A stretch of 64,000 bases of DNA. It comes from Campylobacterales bacterium (GTDB lineage: Bacteria; Campylobacterota; Campylobacteria; Campylobacterales; Arcobacteraceae). Location of the stretch: NCBI GenBank assembly GCA_018399655.1, contig JAGYNS010000001.1, positions 4,658-68,657 on the forward strand, written 5' to 3'. Below, one piece after another: positions 9,867 to 23,222 of this stretch. The translations under genes were made by a program, and so were the position numbers. Under the pieces are notes generated by a model. That model searched no databases and had not been told where the DNA came from. It worked only from the letters and a program-made list of their open reading frames with translations. Positions within the stretch are counted from its first letter, which is position 1. Every line of letters starts with the position of its first letter.

Positions 9867-11058
9867 ATGAAAAAGAACACTAGAATCAATACTCAAAATA
9901 GCACTAGAAACATTTCCTGTAGTATTACTCAATGGTGCCGACAAGTTGGAAAATCAACTCTTGCTCTTGATAACTTTCAAAACTATCTTACCTTTGATGA
10001 TGGGAACTTCGCCTTTATGCAAAAGAGAATCCAAAAGGATTTTTAAAAAAATCTGAATCTTCCAATTTGCCTAGATGAGATACAAAAGTTCCATCTCTAC
10101 TTGAATATATTAAAATACACATAGATACCACTAGAATAAATGGAAGTTTTTTATTGACAGGAAGTATAAATGTACTAGACTACAAAGAGAGTAAAGACAC
10201 ACTTGCAGGGCGATCTTTGTGAGCTACGGCTTCATCCACTAAGTTCAAAAGAGAAAATAATAAGCCATATGAAAATGTGATAGAAAAACTACTAAAAAGA
10301 GATTTTAAGTTAGCACAAAAGAGTATAGTGATGAAGTGATACAGCATATCTTTAGATGGTGGTTATCCAGAGATTATAGAACTGAGTGGTTTAGCAAAAG
10401 AGTTATGGTTCAAATCATATATCTCAAATTTACATAGAAAGAGATGCAAGAGATTTATACAGATATAAGAGATATAGATAGTTTTATCAAATTTGTAAAT
10501 CTACTCGCTTCAAGGAGTGGTAATTCTTAATAAATCAAACCTTAGCAATGATATAGGGATAAAGGATATCACCACAGAAAACTACCTTCTATCATAAGCC
10601 GTATCTATCAAGCTACCCTTCTAAAACCATACTTTGTAAATATCGGTAAACAGTTTGTAAAGTCTCCAAAGTTTTTTTCAATGACACTGGGGTACTTTGT
10701 AGCTTGTTAAGAATCAACTCAAAAGAGCACCTTTCTTTAGCTCAACCTATAGCGGACAGATTTTGAGACTCTATATATTTTGCGAGTTACAAAACATCTC
10801 ACATACTTACAAAATCAGCTCAAATATTTCACTATAGAACCAATGATAAAAAGAGATAGATTTTATTATAGAGATTGACAATGAGATATTAGCTATTGAA
10901 GTAAAACAAAGTAGCAGTGTAAAAAAGATGATTTTAAACATATCATGATTTACAAAATAGATATGATAAAAAATGCTTAGGTGTAGTATTTTACAATGGC
11001 GATATGGTAGTTGAGTTTAACATGATTTGGTAGCTATCCCTTTTGGAATCTTTTATAA
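9867..11058 (+). CDS. AAA_14 + DUF4143 ATP-binding protein (frameshifted as assembled)
   Basis: Stitched motifs VVLLNGARQVGKST, LDEIQK, FLLTGS, LAGR, GGYPE, KSPK..NDTG, HYRTNDKKEIDFIIE, AIEVK. Confidence 0.85.
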
Positions 11059-11061
11059 AAA

Positions 11062-11948
11062 CTAGTGAAAAACAAAACTTATAACCTCAAATCAAAATAT
11101 ATCAAAACCAAAACAATACCGTACTAAAAATACAATCGCCGTCACATCATACGGTTTAAGAAGTCATATAAGGCGGCGATATTGACATTATTTACTGCTA
11201 GTGGGACAACTAAAGAGATTATCAATAGCCCCTATCTCATTTGGCAATGGTGATAAAAATACTACGGCAATACCAACTATTGGTAAAAATATAAGCTTCA
11301 TAAAACTTGTACTCAAACTTAGTTTATAATTGTGTGTGGCTATTTTTTTGTTTTTATAAATAGACTCCTAAAATTATAAGCTGTATCACAATAGTAGCAT
11401 ACGCCCCATTTGTAATACCAACTCTAACTGAGGATGAATAGTAAATCCTATAGTTAAATAGAGTGCAAAAAGTGCGAACTAAATAGGTATCTACCATTTG
11501 TAAAATTGATTCTTGAAACTAAAAGCACTTTTTGCAAAAATAGATACCTACTGTATAGATAAAAATATATTTGCAAATATTGATAATACTAGTATATGGC
11601 ACACTACTCACCAAAGAGTGCAATACCAAGAGGGATTCCTAAATTTCCAGTATTTCCTATAAGCGAAGGTTATAAAATTCGATCTCTTTTGGTCATCAAA
11701 GAGGTATTTCAACAAAGATTAAAATAATTAATACTATTGTTACAATGATAAATATAAAAATGGTGTTAATACAAGATTAAAATCAGGGGCTCTCGTGTAA
11801 GTCCCCAAAAAAGTCAACATAGGTTGTAAAAATACAAAGAGATAAGTATCAATGTTTTTTCATGAATCTCATATCTTGAAAAACTTTTTTACAATAAAGC
11901 CTATAAGGATAAAAGATAAATTGATGTAATAGCTAAGAAGGTTGACAC
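11062..11948 (-). CDS. AEC family transporter (frameshifted as assembled)
   Basis: GTG at 11948; FLQPML.FWG, IGNTGNLGIPLGIALFG, YATIVIQL, VPLAVNNVNIAA motifs. Confidence 0.85.
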
Positions 11949-12138
11949 TTAAAATCCTCTAATAAGGAAATCTATCGCATTGAGTATCTCTGCTATTTGC
12001 TCTTCAAAACTAGCTACTTTTTCCCTTTAATCACAAAGACTGATGATATTTTGCATCGTGTTGAACATCTAACATATAAGGAATTCTGTGTGTGTTAGAA
12101 GCTTTATTTAAATTTTTATAAACATCAAATTGTACCAT
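11949..12138 (-). pseudogene. ccdB: CcdB family toxin, internally deleted
   Basis: MVQFDVYKN...IPYMLDVQHD N-terminus and EILNAIDFLIRGF* C-terminus within only 190 bp. Confidence 0.75.
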
Positions 12139-12376
12139 TAAAAACACCTATACTCTTTTTACCAAAACACCATCTCTTTCAATTCTCGCATTATATGATT
12201 CTATGGACTCTTTGTTTTCCTCCTTGCCAAGATTTAATCTTTCTCGTCTCTACTTTCTCTTTAATTATCTCTTCTAAAGTACTAAAGAGGTTGATATTAT
12301 ACTCTTTTGATTTTTGAAGTAAATCTGAATTTATACCAAATTTTGTCACTTTTTTCACTCTTATGTCATAAATCAT
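12138..12376 (-). CDS. ccdA: CcdA family antitoxin (frameshifted as assembled)
   Basis: KK.T...INSDLLQKSKEYNINL.STLEE...W...N motifs; continues YNARIERDGVF; overlaps ccdB start. Confidence 0.8.
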
Positions 12377-12505
12377 TGCTATTTATTTATCCTTTATGGG
12401 TATAAATTGTATAGAGTTTTACTTGCTTTTATATTAAGATAAAGGTAATAACTTTCAAATCAAAGCAAATCAAAAAATAAAAAAGAGTAAGGCATTCTAA
12501 GAAAA

Positions 12506-12754
12506 CTATTTAAAAACTCGCAAATATCTATCTCTAATGCTACTGATATTTTGTAAAGTTGTTCTATAATATAGTGTTTATTTTTATATTTTGACTCTAT
12601 TTGCCCTATGGTACTTACTGATTTATGTCCAATTGTTTGTGCAAGTTCCGTTTGGGGAAATTTTTTTGATTTACGAATTTTTTTACATCTTCCATTATTT
12701 TTTATAATTAAATGACTTTACATCCTCATCATCAATATCTAAAAACTCTAACAT
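12506..12754 (-). CDS. XRE-family HTH regulator (frameshifted as assembled)
   Basis: SQTELAQTIGHKSVSTIGQIES...EQLYKISVALEIDICEFLN*. Confidence 0.8.
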
Positions 12755-12908
12755 TTTTATTTCCTATAGCAAATTATTTGTTAAGTTTAATATGGTTATA
12801 CTTTTTATAGTATTTGCCATAGCAAATAATTATAAAAAGATAAATTTATACAGTTTTATAAGATATAATTTTAAAGTAATAAGTTTGATATATAAAAAGG
12901 CTACTTTT

Positions 12909-13725
12909 ATGTATGAAATTTTTCCTATTTTTCTTCTGTTTGTGTAGGGTATGCCCAAGAATACAAACAGCTTCTAAGAGTAGCTCCACCTCCTACAAAT
13001 AGCTCATCTCAAGTGGTAGAGGAACTCTCCCCACTTTTTGATTATATTGATAAAATATCCAAAATAAAACACACAATATATTTATGAAAAAGATTACGTG
13101 AAAATATTATTAAAAAATTTAAAATAACGAAATTGATATCGCCATTTTATGACTGCTTCCTTACCTAAAACTTCAACAAAATACTCAAAACTGTAAACCT
13201 ATTATTCTTTCAAAACAAGAAAAATGATCCTTATTATCGCTGTGTTTTAGCAAAGTTAAAAAGATGATTCTATAGATTTAAATTTACAACTCCAAAGTCG
13301 TTGCCTTTTACTCAGCCACTCTCACTTGTGGCTATTATGACCCAAAATTACTTAAAACCATTACAACCTAGGGATCTAGAAAAACAAAAATACCACTATA
13401 GGATGTCCCATAGTGTTGCCTAACTAGTATTTTGGAAGGTGATTTTCATCTAGTCAAGTTAAAGAGAGTATTGCAGAAGACCTAGCCTTTATATAGAGGT
13501 GATAGCAAAAAGTGAGTTTGTTCCGTAGTTTGCACTTGTAGTCAACACTCAAACTCTCTCAAAAAACAAATAGAAGTGATTTCCAAATATCATCCTCTCT
13601 ATCCCTGAGTCTACCTACAATCAATGGAAAGGATTACTCAATGGTTTTCTTAAACAGATGCAATAGTTTACAAAAAAATTCAAGTAAATTTAGAAGATAT
13701 ACCACAAATAGGAAATATGAAATGA
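12909..13725 (+). CDS. Periplasmic substrate-binding protein (frameshifted as assembled)
   Basis: Signal-peptide-like start, LRV......PPT, and I..ISKIKH segments typical of PBP sensor partners; ATGA overlap with next gene. Confidence 0.55.
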
Positions 13726-15644
13726 ATTATCGATATATAATCCCTATTTTTCTTACTCTATTAATCACAGCGTCCCTTATTGTAGAAAACTATTTGCAAT
13801 AAAAGCCACGATGATGAGATACAGAGTGTATCAATCAACAATCTATAGAGGTAAAACAAAACAGTTTACCAAACCATTTTCAATACTCCATAAAACTAAC
13901 TGCACAAAATCATTTTAAAATAATTTATGGAGAATCAAAAAGTATTAGATATTTTAGAACAATTCAAAAGGAGACCGATACAACCAAACAAAATATTCAA
14001 GAGGTGTTTTTAGACTTTTAAATAAAAATATCAAGTTCTCAAAGAGTTAGGATTCGACAGTTTCATTTTCATACACACGATAGTAATCTTCTTTTTATTG
14101 ATTTCACAAGCTACAAATAAATAGAGACTTTTTAGTTGGAGTGCGAAAATCAATAGAGTATGTCAATAGTGCTTTACAGCCATTTTATGGGTTTGAGGGA
14201 AAATATTTCCTGGTTTTCGATATGTATTTCCTATAGTTTTCGAAGACAACCATCTAGGAAGTGTAGAGTTTTCTATCCCTTTGAAGTTATAGAACAACAG
14301 ATGCAAGAGGTTTTAGTTTTCACGATATGGATATCAACTTCACTTAGATAAATCTATCTCTTATGATAAGGTATTTGATAATTTTAAAATATTTTTTACT
14401 CCCTCTCCTATTTTGAAAAGATCATTATATAGAAAATAGCAATATCTCTTCTGTCGAAAGAAAACTCAAGATAATGAGATGATACGACGAATTCAATCAA
14501 AAATAAAATCTCTCAAATCTCCTAAAACTTTTTAAATGAAGATGATTTTAGTATCTATTTTAGTGAAGCAAACAAAGGATATAAAGCAATCTTCAACTCT
14601 ATTAAAGACAATAACAACAACCATGCTGCTTATATGGTATGCTATGGAAATTTTGAGAGACTTATCGCTATAGAAAAAATATTTTAATTTTCATATACTA
14701 GTTTATACCACTATTATCACTTTATTAGTCTTTAATTTTGATTGTCAAACAGATTAAAAAAACTTCAAACAAAAATAAAACATCCAACAGATTACAGACA
14801 CACAAAATAATATTGTGATACTAACTAATGGTAAAGAGATAACTTTTTTCTAATATGAGTTTTTTTCTCTTTTTTTGGATTTAAAACTTTAGAAGATTTT
14901 AAAAATTTAATTATCAATGTATCTGTGAATTTTGTTGAAAATGAACGGTTTTTTCATCTAGGCAAAATTAAAGAGGGCGAGAACTCGGATAGAGGTGTTG
15001 CAAAGTTTACCACACGCACAACAAATCGTATCAATGTTAGGAAAACTTCTTACTTTTCATGCATTTTCTGTTTCTATCAATCAATTTGATGAAAACTTTG
15101 TAGTTGTTTTTTTAGCGGATATCTCCCAAACAATGCTTGAAAATATTCAATTACAAGAAAACAATCCATGATACCCCTTTACAGGAGCTTACAATAGAGA
15201 GTATTTTGAACAATATCAACAAATACTTTTGAAAATTTTGAAAATGAAAATTCACATCTAGCTATTGCATTTAATAGATACTCTGACCATTTTAAAAGAG
15301 TGAATGATACTTTTTGGTCATGATGTTGGGGATGAAGTGTTGATTGGATTTTGTAAGAGTGATTGAAAAACACTACGAAAAGATGATATTTTAGTGCGTT
15401 GGGGTGGAGAGGAGTTTGTCTTGATATTAAAAATTCAAACACAAGAGGATTTATACAAAGTACTTGAACATCTTTGTAAAGCAATAGAGCTTCAAAATTT
15501 AATATTGTAGAAAAAATTACTTGTTCTATTGGAGGAACACTCTATAAAAATGGAGAAAAATATTCAACATACCGTCAAAAGAGCTGATGAAGTGTATATA
15601 ATGCTAAAGCAAATGGACGAAATCAGGTAGTGATAAATATATGA
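13722..15644 (+). CDS. Membrane diguanylate cyclase with Cache-like periplasmic domain (frameshifted as assembled)
   Basis: TGAYNREYF, DHFKRVNDTF, GHDVGDEVL, VRWGGEEF, RADE..Y.AKANGRNQV. Confidence 0.85.
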
Positions 15645-17509
15645 ATCTCAACAAATCAAGATACTTTTATATACCATCTTAAGTGCTATAGTAGTTTGTG
15701 TAATTTTTTTGATTATGTCTCTATTTTTGACCCATGATTATTTTGATACGAAAGAGAAACTTTTCAAAAATCTCACCACCACATCACAAACTACCCTTTC
15801 AAGATTAGGGAAAAGTCTCCTCCCTTTATTGAATCTTATTCTATAAATGAATATGAAAACCTTATTCTTAATGAGATGAGGATAAAAATATTGTAGCTAT
15901 TATGATTTATGACTACAATATGGGAACTATTTTAGGTGAAGAGTTTTTTCAAAGTGGAAAAATACGAGACACCAAGTGGAATCCTATAGATTATAAAGAG
16001 ACTCCAAAAATATAAAGATTTTTTACAAAAATATATTTTTACAACAAGAAACTATTGTCTTCAAACAATGATACAAACTTGCCAAAATAGAGATTTATTC
16101 TACTGACAGATACATAGAAGAGGAGCTTGAAAACCTTATCACAAAAGTTTTTTTTATCACTCTTCTTATCTCTATCATGTTGATTATTTTTTTGGGTTGT
16201 TCTTGATTAAAAAGCTTATTTTAAATCCGATTAGTAAATCATCTTTAACATCTCACAAAGAGATGATTTTAGGAATTCCACTCAAAAAAATATAGAGTAT
16301 CATCACACTAAAGAGATAGAACTTTTATCCTTCTTTAAATGAGATGATTGATACTATCAAATCATCAAAAGAGACTTTTAAAACTCAATGAAAGATTTGA
16401 ACTTACTTTAAGTGCAGTCAATGATGGTATTTGGGATTGGGATGTCAAGATTTATAAAGCATTTTTTTCAAAACGTCGGAAAAATATGTTGGGGTATGAA
16501 GAGAATGAGATAGAGGATAAAGGGAAAGCATTTGAGCTTATTTGTGATGGGTGATAAAGAAAAGACAAAAAAGCACTTGAAAATCATTTTGAAATCCATC
16601 AAAATCCATACAATCTAGAAAATAAGACTCAAATGCAAAGATGAGAAGTATAAATGGATTTTATCAAGGGAAATATTTTTTTTTTGATAAAGATGGAAAA
16701 CCATCACGAATGTTAGGTTTTCACACTGATAGAACTTTTAGAAAAAGAGCAAGAAATCCATCAAAGCACAAGAAAAGCTTTCTTTACAGAGCAATCAAAA
16801 ACTTCTGCTCTAATGGGAGAGAGATGATAGGAAATGATGTTCATCAGTGGAGACAACCTTTTAAGTATAATTACCACCAGTGCGAGTGGATTGAAATGAA
16901 AATACTCCTTTATCGGGAATATTGACCAAGAAGAGATAATCAAATTTTCAGATTTGATAGTCCAACAGTCCCAATATCTCTCAGAAACTATCAATAACTT
17001 TAGAGACTTTATCAAAGGAGACACCCAATATGAGCAAATTAGTCTCAAAAAAGCGATTGAGAAATCGCTCAATTTAGTCAGTTCTTCTACTGAAAATAAT
17101 TATATAAAATTAGTAGTTGATATAGAAAGTGACTTACAAATATATGGAAATATTTCAACGAACTCATAGGAGGCTTTTATCATATCAACAACTCTAAAGA
17201 TGCTTTAAAATATCATATCCCAAAAGAGGATGAACGAATTTTATTTATCAATACAAAACTTTTAGAAAAAAACCTTTACTCATCCAAATCAAAGACAATG
17301 GTGGTGGAATCGATGAAAATATCATTGATAAAATATTTGAACCCTATTTTACTACCAAACACCAATCAGTAGGAACAGGGTTGGGACTCTAATTGCTGAT
17401 AAAATCATTCTGAGAAAGACACAAAGGGGTGATAACTGCTTCCAATCAAAACTTATCAATATAAAGGAAAAACTTATACAGGAGCTTGTTTTAAATAGTT
17501 TTTAAATAA
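15641..17509 (+). CDS. PAS-domain sensor histidine kinase (frameshifted as assembled)
   Basis: [24 protein letters not shown]-box, [34 protein letters not shown]. Confidence 0.88.
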
Positions 17510-17613
17510 TAAATAGTTCATCACTTTAAATCTTCTCTTTATTAATCTATTTTTAATCTAAACTAAATAACATTTGGGTACAATTCGCGTTCAATTTAAA
17601 ACAAGGAAACACA

Positions 17614-18146
17614 ATGCTAAAAGGTATACTTAGAGATAGTATCGCAAAACAATCTACAAAACAGTTGAGACGAGATGGTTATCTAATTGCCAACATTTAC
17701 GGAAAAGGTATGGAAAACGTAAATGCTGCATTTAAAATAAATGACTATATCAGATTTTTGAAAAACAAAGCTACAGCTCTATTTGATATAGATGTTGCAG
17801 GACAACTTACAAAAGTTGTAGTACAAGAGTAACAAAACACCCAATAACATCATCACTTTTACATGTAGATTTGATGGTAGCACAACCAGGTGTAAGAGAG
17901 CAACATATACTGTACCAGTAGTTGCAGAGGGGATCCCAAAAGGTCTTAAAACAAAGGTCTTTTAGTATACCACAGAAACAGAGAGCAGTAAATGTACTAT
18001 AGAAAAACTTACCGTAAGAGTCTAGATTTGATGTAACAGATTTAGATACAGGTGACAACTACCTTTGTAAGAGATATTAAATTACCAATTGTGTTGAGTG
18101 TTTAGACCCAAGAGTACCAGTTGTTGGTGTAATCAAAGCAAAATAG
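17614..18146 (+). CDS. rplY: 50S ribosomal protein L25/Ctc (frameshifted as assembled)
   Basis: [33 protein letters not shown]. Confidence 0.95.
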
Positions 18147-18162
18147 TCAAAAGACTAGATTG

Positions 18163-18716
18163 ATGTACCTCATCAGCCGGACTTGCAATCCAGGTGATAA
18201 ATACGAACTCATCGACACAATATAGGGTTTTATGGTTATCGACACGATAACCAAAACCTAACCACAACCAATATTCCAACCACAACTTCAAAGCAGAAGT
18301 GAAAAACACCTTATAATATCTATGCAAAACCACAAACATTTATGAATGATAGTGGAGCTTCTATTGTCAATATCGTGGAGTATTATGATTGAAAACAGCA
18401 ATATCATAATAGTACACGATGATTTAGATTTGCCATTTGGAACCGTAAAGTTCAAGCTAGGTGGAGGCATGGGGGACACAACGGATTGCGTTCTATTGAT
18501 GCCCATATAGGAAATGACTACATCCGTGTCCGTTTTGGGATAGGAAACCATCACACAAATCAGAAGTGGCCAACTATGTCTTATCAAACTTTACCAAAGA
18601 GGAACTCAAAGCTTTAGAGGATATAATACCCTCTATACAATTGAAGCGATAGAGTCTCTAAAACACTCTCACTTGAAGAGGTAAAATCTAAATACACACT
18701 TAAAGCAACGCTATGA
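18163..18716 (+). CDS. pth: Peptidyl-tRNA hydrolase (frameshifted as assembled)
   Basis: [49 protein letters not shown]. Confidence 0.93.
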
Positions 18717-19756
18717 AAATTATTACTAAATACCTTTTATTAAAGTACCTCAAATACTTTTTATTATCCTTATCTCTTTGGAATTCTTTTTGTAGGATTG
18801 ACCTTTGCAAAATTTAGAAAACTCCCTAACTCTGCAAACTTACAACTTCTCATGTGATTTACAACGTTTTTTTTACTTTTACTATCACTTTGCCCCTTTC
18901 GTTAGTATTTGCTTGGATTGTCACCTTACTGTTTTGGTACGAAACAACGAGTTGGTGAGTTTTTACTCCTGAGTATCTCAAATCAGATATTCTCAAACCT
19001 ATTTTAATACTCTCAGCCATCATCACTTTGTTGTTGATAGTGTTACAAACAACCCCCTAGCATACTTTCTCAAAGCAAAAATAAGATTCTAGACAATAGC
19101 TATTTTGTCAATGAAAAACAAATATTTTTTTGAAATACAACGACTATTTGTCTATTTTAAAGGCTCTATCCACTAGAAAAGAAAGCAGAAGATATCCATA
19201 TCTTCAAAACAAAAATCAAGATGTAGAGGAGATTATTGTGGCACAAAAGCCTATTTCCAAAACAACCGGATGGTATGTCATAGATGCTAAAATTATAACA
19301 AAACCGTAGATAATCAATTGAAATAGCTCAAAACTCAAAATCAGTCATGAAAAATTTCTCTACACCTTGGAGGGGGGTTTGAACCAAAGATTATCAACAA
19401 TGCTTACAAAGGGATACGCAATTTTCATCATAGACGCCATACGCACTATTTTACTTCTTGAAAATCAAGATTTCAATACCAACAAAATCAAAACAATCCT
19501 ATATGGACAGGTATTTATGCCCTTTGTCCTCCTCCTTTGATAGTGATTATCTTCTCCTTTAACCAACCCAAGTAGCCGTTTTTTTAACACTGCGGGTTTA
19601 CCTCTTTGACTATATTTATGACACTTATTATTTGGGGAGTACTTTTTTGCTCCAAAACTCAGCTTAGGGGGATAATTTAGGTGAAATTGGTACAATAATG
19701 CCAATATTATATTATTCTTTGTAACTTACTATATTTACAACAAAAAAGTGGTCTAA
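18713..19756 (+). CDS. LptF/LptG family permease (frameshifted as assembled)
   Basis: KYL..KYLKY, LPNSANLQLL, TLPLSLVFAW, RNNELVSF; follows pth as in other Campylobacterota. Confidence 0.85.
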
Positions 19757-20202
19757 ATGAAAATAAAAGCTTTTGGTATCTCCTTTGTATAAAGTGGAAA
19801 AAATAGTATCAAAATACTTTATGTAAGTCGGTGGCAAGCAAAACCGTTGGGGCTTTTTAAAAGGGGTCGCACTCAAAGGGGAAACTGACTTTCAAACCGC
19901 TACAAGAGAGTTTAGAGAAGAGTCTAATATATCCATAGAAAAAAAAATATCTTGGAAAAATATTTTGAACAAAAAAATGAAGAGAAAGATATTGGTATTT
20001 TTTGGTTAACTATAGAAATATAAGAGGCATTGAAAAATATTTTTCAAACTGTATATTGATAAAAAACATCTTTCGTGGGAATAGTGATGCAAAGTTTTTT
20101 GACATCAATACTCTTCCAAGAGATAAAAGAAACAAAAATACTTGTACAAGAGATAAGGTGAGGTATTTTAAAAGTGTTAAAAAATGGAGAAACCAACACT
20201 GA
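19757..20202 (+). CDS. NUDIX hydrolase (frameshifted as assembled)
   Basis: Nudix box KG....GETDFQTATREFREES. Confidence 0.85.
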
Positions 20203-20980
20203 GTCAAAATAAAAATCAATCTATTAAAGTTTAGGTGCAAGTGGTGGTAAATCACTCAAAACTGCACTTACCTCTTTGAAGTAGCTACAAATATTATTAT
20301 CGATGTGAAATATTCTCAATAGTTCCCATGAGGATATTTCAAAAATAGAACATATATTTATCACCCATACTCACCTTGACCATATTCTTGATATCGCTTT
20401 TTGATAGACAACACTTTTTGAAACAAGAACAAAACCTTTGAAAATATACGCAAGAGTTGAAAATCTACAAACCTCAAAAAACATATTTCTTCAATTGGGA
20501 TATATGGCCGACTTTACTAAAATAAAACTTCCACGGCGATCTTAATGCAGTTGAACTATCCCAATAGAACTTAACTATAGCTACACTATAGAGTGAAACA
20601 ACCCTAATCCCTATAAAAATAACCATACAAAAATATAGCAATGGATTTCTTATAAAAAAAGGGACGCATTCCTTCTTGAGTTCTGATACCTATTGTTGTG
20701 ATAATCTTTGGGAGATTATCAACCGTGACCAAACTATCTCAACTTTATCATTGATGTTTCTTTCCCAGGATGGAAAACTAGCTTTTGAGAGCAAACACTC
20801 ACTCCAAAAATTCTTGAAAAAGAGCTCACAAAACTTCAAAGGGATGATATCACTCTACATATTTGTCACCTTAAACCTCCTTTGAGCCAAAGAGATAAAA
20901 GAGGAGCTTCAAAGCTTAAATCTTCTTCTCACTTGTGGAACCGTTTTACAAACAGATGAGATTATCGAGTTTGGGCATGA
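20199..20980 (+). CDS. Metallo-beta-lactamase-fold cyclic nucleotide phosphodiesterase (class II-like; frameshifted as assembled)
   Basis: LGASGG, IEHIFITHTHLDHILD, N..IWPDFT, SSDT, DVSFP, SKH.TP, HLKP. Confidence 0.8.
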
Positions 20981-23194
20981 CAAACATATTAAAAAGTTTT
21001 TTTACTACCTTGTATTATCTTTCTCATTTTTATTAAGACATAGTTTTTATACCTATATACCCTCAACTTTTAAGTAGTTTTGATGATAATCTTAGAGACT
21101 ATATGTTTATCTTAAGAGGAGAGGTAGAAAACAGTGGCAATGTTGTTATTATTGATTTAGATGATAAATCACTCTACCAAGTTGGACAATGGCCTTGGAG
21201 TCGAGATACCGTCGCAGAACTTTTAATCAATATGAGTAATGCAGGGGTTGGGTTGATTGGGATGGATATTGCTTTTGCAGAGGAGGATAGAACTAACTTA
21301 CAAAATAATAGAAAAATACAATATCAAAACAACACAAAACATACCGCATAATGATCACTATTTTGCTTCTATAATCGCTCAAACTTCTACCATATTGGGG
21401 TACCACTAACTCCTCAAAGAGGATTTTGCAGAAAAAGAACCTCCCAAATATCCCTGCTATTTACTTCAAAGGGTCTCAATGAAGCAAACAAAGACCGCGT
21501 TATAGAAGCGTATGGAACTATTTTAAACCTACCAATTCTTCAACAAAACTCCTATTCAAGGGTTTTTTCAACAATGTTCCTGATGTTTACAGGGGTGGTA
21601 AGTAGCGTCCCACTACTTATCAAATATCAAGAACAACTCTACCCATCACTCGCAGTCTAGAGATTATCAGAGTTATCTCAGATACAAAAAAGTTTTTGTT
21701 AATTATGATCAAAATGGAGTGGTGGATAGAGGTTGGTGATTTTAAAATTCCAACCGATAGACATGGTCGTTCTATTGTAAATTTTAGAGGGGGTAAAAAT
21801 CTTTCCAATATATCTCAGCTATTGATATTCTCCAAAATAACTTAATCCAAAAGATATTGAGGGGAAAATCGCTATCATAGGGACAAAGTGCCGCCGGTCT
21901 TGGATCTTCGTGCAACCCTTTTGAATCGGTATACCCTGGGGTAGAGGTGCATGCAAATCTAGTAGACAATATCTTAACACAAGATTTATTGCCAAAAACC
22001 CTCTTGATAGATGGTGTCAATATTTTACATCCTTTTGCTTAGTTTAGTTGTGGTGATGACTATCGCCTATTTTTCATTGAGTGTGGCTATTTTTATTATA
22101 TTAGGATTGGCTCTTTTAGATAACTATTTGATATTTATCGCTTTGTTTGAATATGGTTTCATCTAAACATTTTATTTCCCTTTTAACAATCATTGGGCAA
22201 TATTAGAGCTATCACTCTTAAATTATTTTTTAGAACAAAGACAAACCAGAGCGATTAAAAACAAATTTGCTTCAAAAGTCTCCAAAGAGGTGATGGAATC
22301 ACTTCTTGCAAACTTAAGATACCACATTTGCTGCCATGGAAAAAGAGGCTACTGTATTTTTAGTGATGTAAGAGGCTTACCAATATCTCAGAAGCGATGC
22401 CAAATGCAAAAGTTCTTATAGAGTTTATGAATGAGTATATGGATCCTATGACCGATATAATAATTCATCAATATGGTACTGTTGATAAATTTATCGGGGA
22501 TGCGATTATGGCATACTGGAATGCCCCTGAAATGTTCCGCATCATGCAGAGCGTGCGGTTATAGCAACTATGGAACAACTACATATGCTTGATAAATTAA
22601 ATCAAAAATTTGAAAATGATGAGCGGTTTATGATGTTGTACAAATGTCAAAAACAAATGGTGTTCCAATAGTTGACATTGGTATTGATTAAATACAGGTG
22701 TTGTTATAGCAGGAGAGATGGGAAGTAGTCAAAGAAGTGACTACTATACCGTTATAGGTGATCCCTATCAACTTAGGGCGAGACTAGAATCACTTTGTAA
22801 ATCTTTTACAATCTCAAATGTAATATTTCAAACTTACCAAAGAGAAAATCAATAATGAAAAACTATATATTTAGATTTCTTGACCTCGTCACAGTAAAGG
22901 GAAAAGAGCCTATAGAGATCCTGGGCAAATACACGATTATAACAGATGAATCACCATAAACTCTATTCCGGTCCCAAAAAAGAGACTTTAGAGGAGTTAG
23001 AGTTGTATCATCATGCTATAAAACTTTACAAAAAGCGATTTTCAAGAGGCACTCAAGATATTTACAAACCTTGGAAAGTTGGGATGATAAAACAAATAAA
23101 ACATTTATAAAATATATAGAACGGTGAACACTATATACAGGAGCCTCCTTCTTTGATTTCAATGGTGTTTTTGTCCACACTAATAAAGGGGTAA
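20977..23194 (+). CDS. CHASE2-domain class III adenylate cyclase (frameshifted as assembled)
   Basis: VVIIDLDDKSL..GQWPWSR, DIAFAEED, PGVEVHAN (CHASE2); SDVRG, VDKFIGDAIMAYWNAP, NTG, GEMGSSQRSDYTVIGDPINLGARLESL (cyclase). Confidence 0.9.
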
Positions 23195-23222
23195 AGTTAT
23201 GATTTTTTAGGTATAATAAACC

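Noticed and set aside
9830-17510. Prophage or ICE
   Set aside because: No integrase, transposase, relaxase or phage structural motifs recognised; treated as an accessory islet
20199-23194. Single PDE-CHASE2-cyclase fusion protein
   Set aside because: An ATGA junction at about 20977 followed by a basic/hydrophobic N-terminal segment favours two coupled genes; unresolved until polished
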